A stretch of 64,000 nucleotides of DNA. Origin: Balanoglossus misakiensis (lineage: Eukaryota > Animalia > Hemichordata). Positions 63,970-64,000 of the stretch are shown here, in pieces. A program made the translations under genes and the position numbers. Positions within the stretch are counted from its first letter, which is position 1, and each line of letters starts with the position of its first letter. Under the pieces are notes generated by a model. That model had not been told where the DNA came from, did not search any database, and saw only the letters and a list, made by a program, of their open reading frames with translations. The stretch covers positions 12,339,834-12,403,833 of the forward strand of contig CM082579.2 in the NCBI GenBank assembly GCA_040954595.2, written 5' to 3'.

Positions 63970-64000
63970 CAAAGGGAAACACTCTTGAATTGCTTTCGAA
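63970..64000 (+). CDS. start of a second pentraxin exon (runs off the window)
   Basis: Acceptor gtatcttccag| followed by CAAAGGGAAACACTCTTGAATTGCTTTCGAA, 30/31 nt identical to the start of the 61256 exon and in the same phase. Confidence 0.75.

Overview
This is AT-rich, intron-containing animal genomic DNA. The repeat and gene content suggest a marine invertebrate deuterostome, but that is inference only. The ORF track is mostly uninformative, so genes were rebuilt by hand from GT-AG splice sites and exon phases. Three innate-immunity-type genes are present. (1) An intact 4-exon secreted fibrinogen-related-domain gene (6546-8132, -). (2) A 6-exon IFI44-like P-loop GTPase gene (20765-33501, -) with a Gly-rich hydrophobic N-terminus, a coiled coil and a SAM-like last exon; in this sequence a 1-bp shortfall in an A-run disconnects that last exon. 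(3) The start of a secreted gene built from tandem pentraxin exons (58899 to the window end, +). Two decayed, intron-containing RAD50 fragments in the same orientation (662-3610 and 52761-54547) bracket the first two genes. The rest is dense in repeats: head-to-tail Helentron/HINE-like elements with a stack of eight co-varying terminal hairpins; a ~16-kb complex tandem array directly upstream of the IFI44-like gene, with a 2049-bp higher-order repeat and an IRF/ISRE-like motif per unit; TTAA-, TA- and TWA-type MITEs; long palindromes; a tRNA-type SINE; and a Penelope-like fragment with a degenerate hammerhead motif. Repeat boundaries are approximate.
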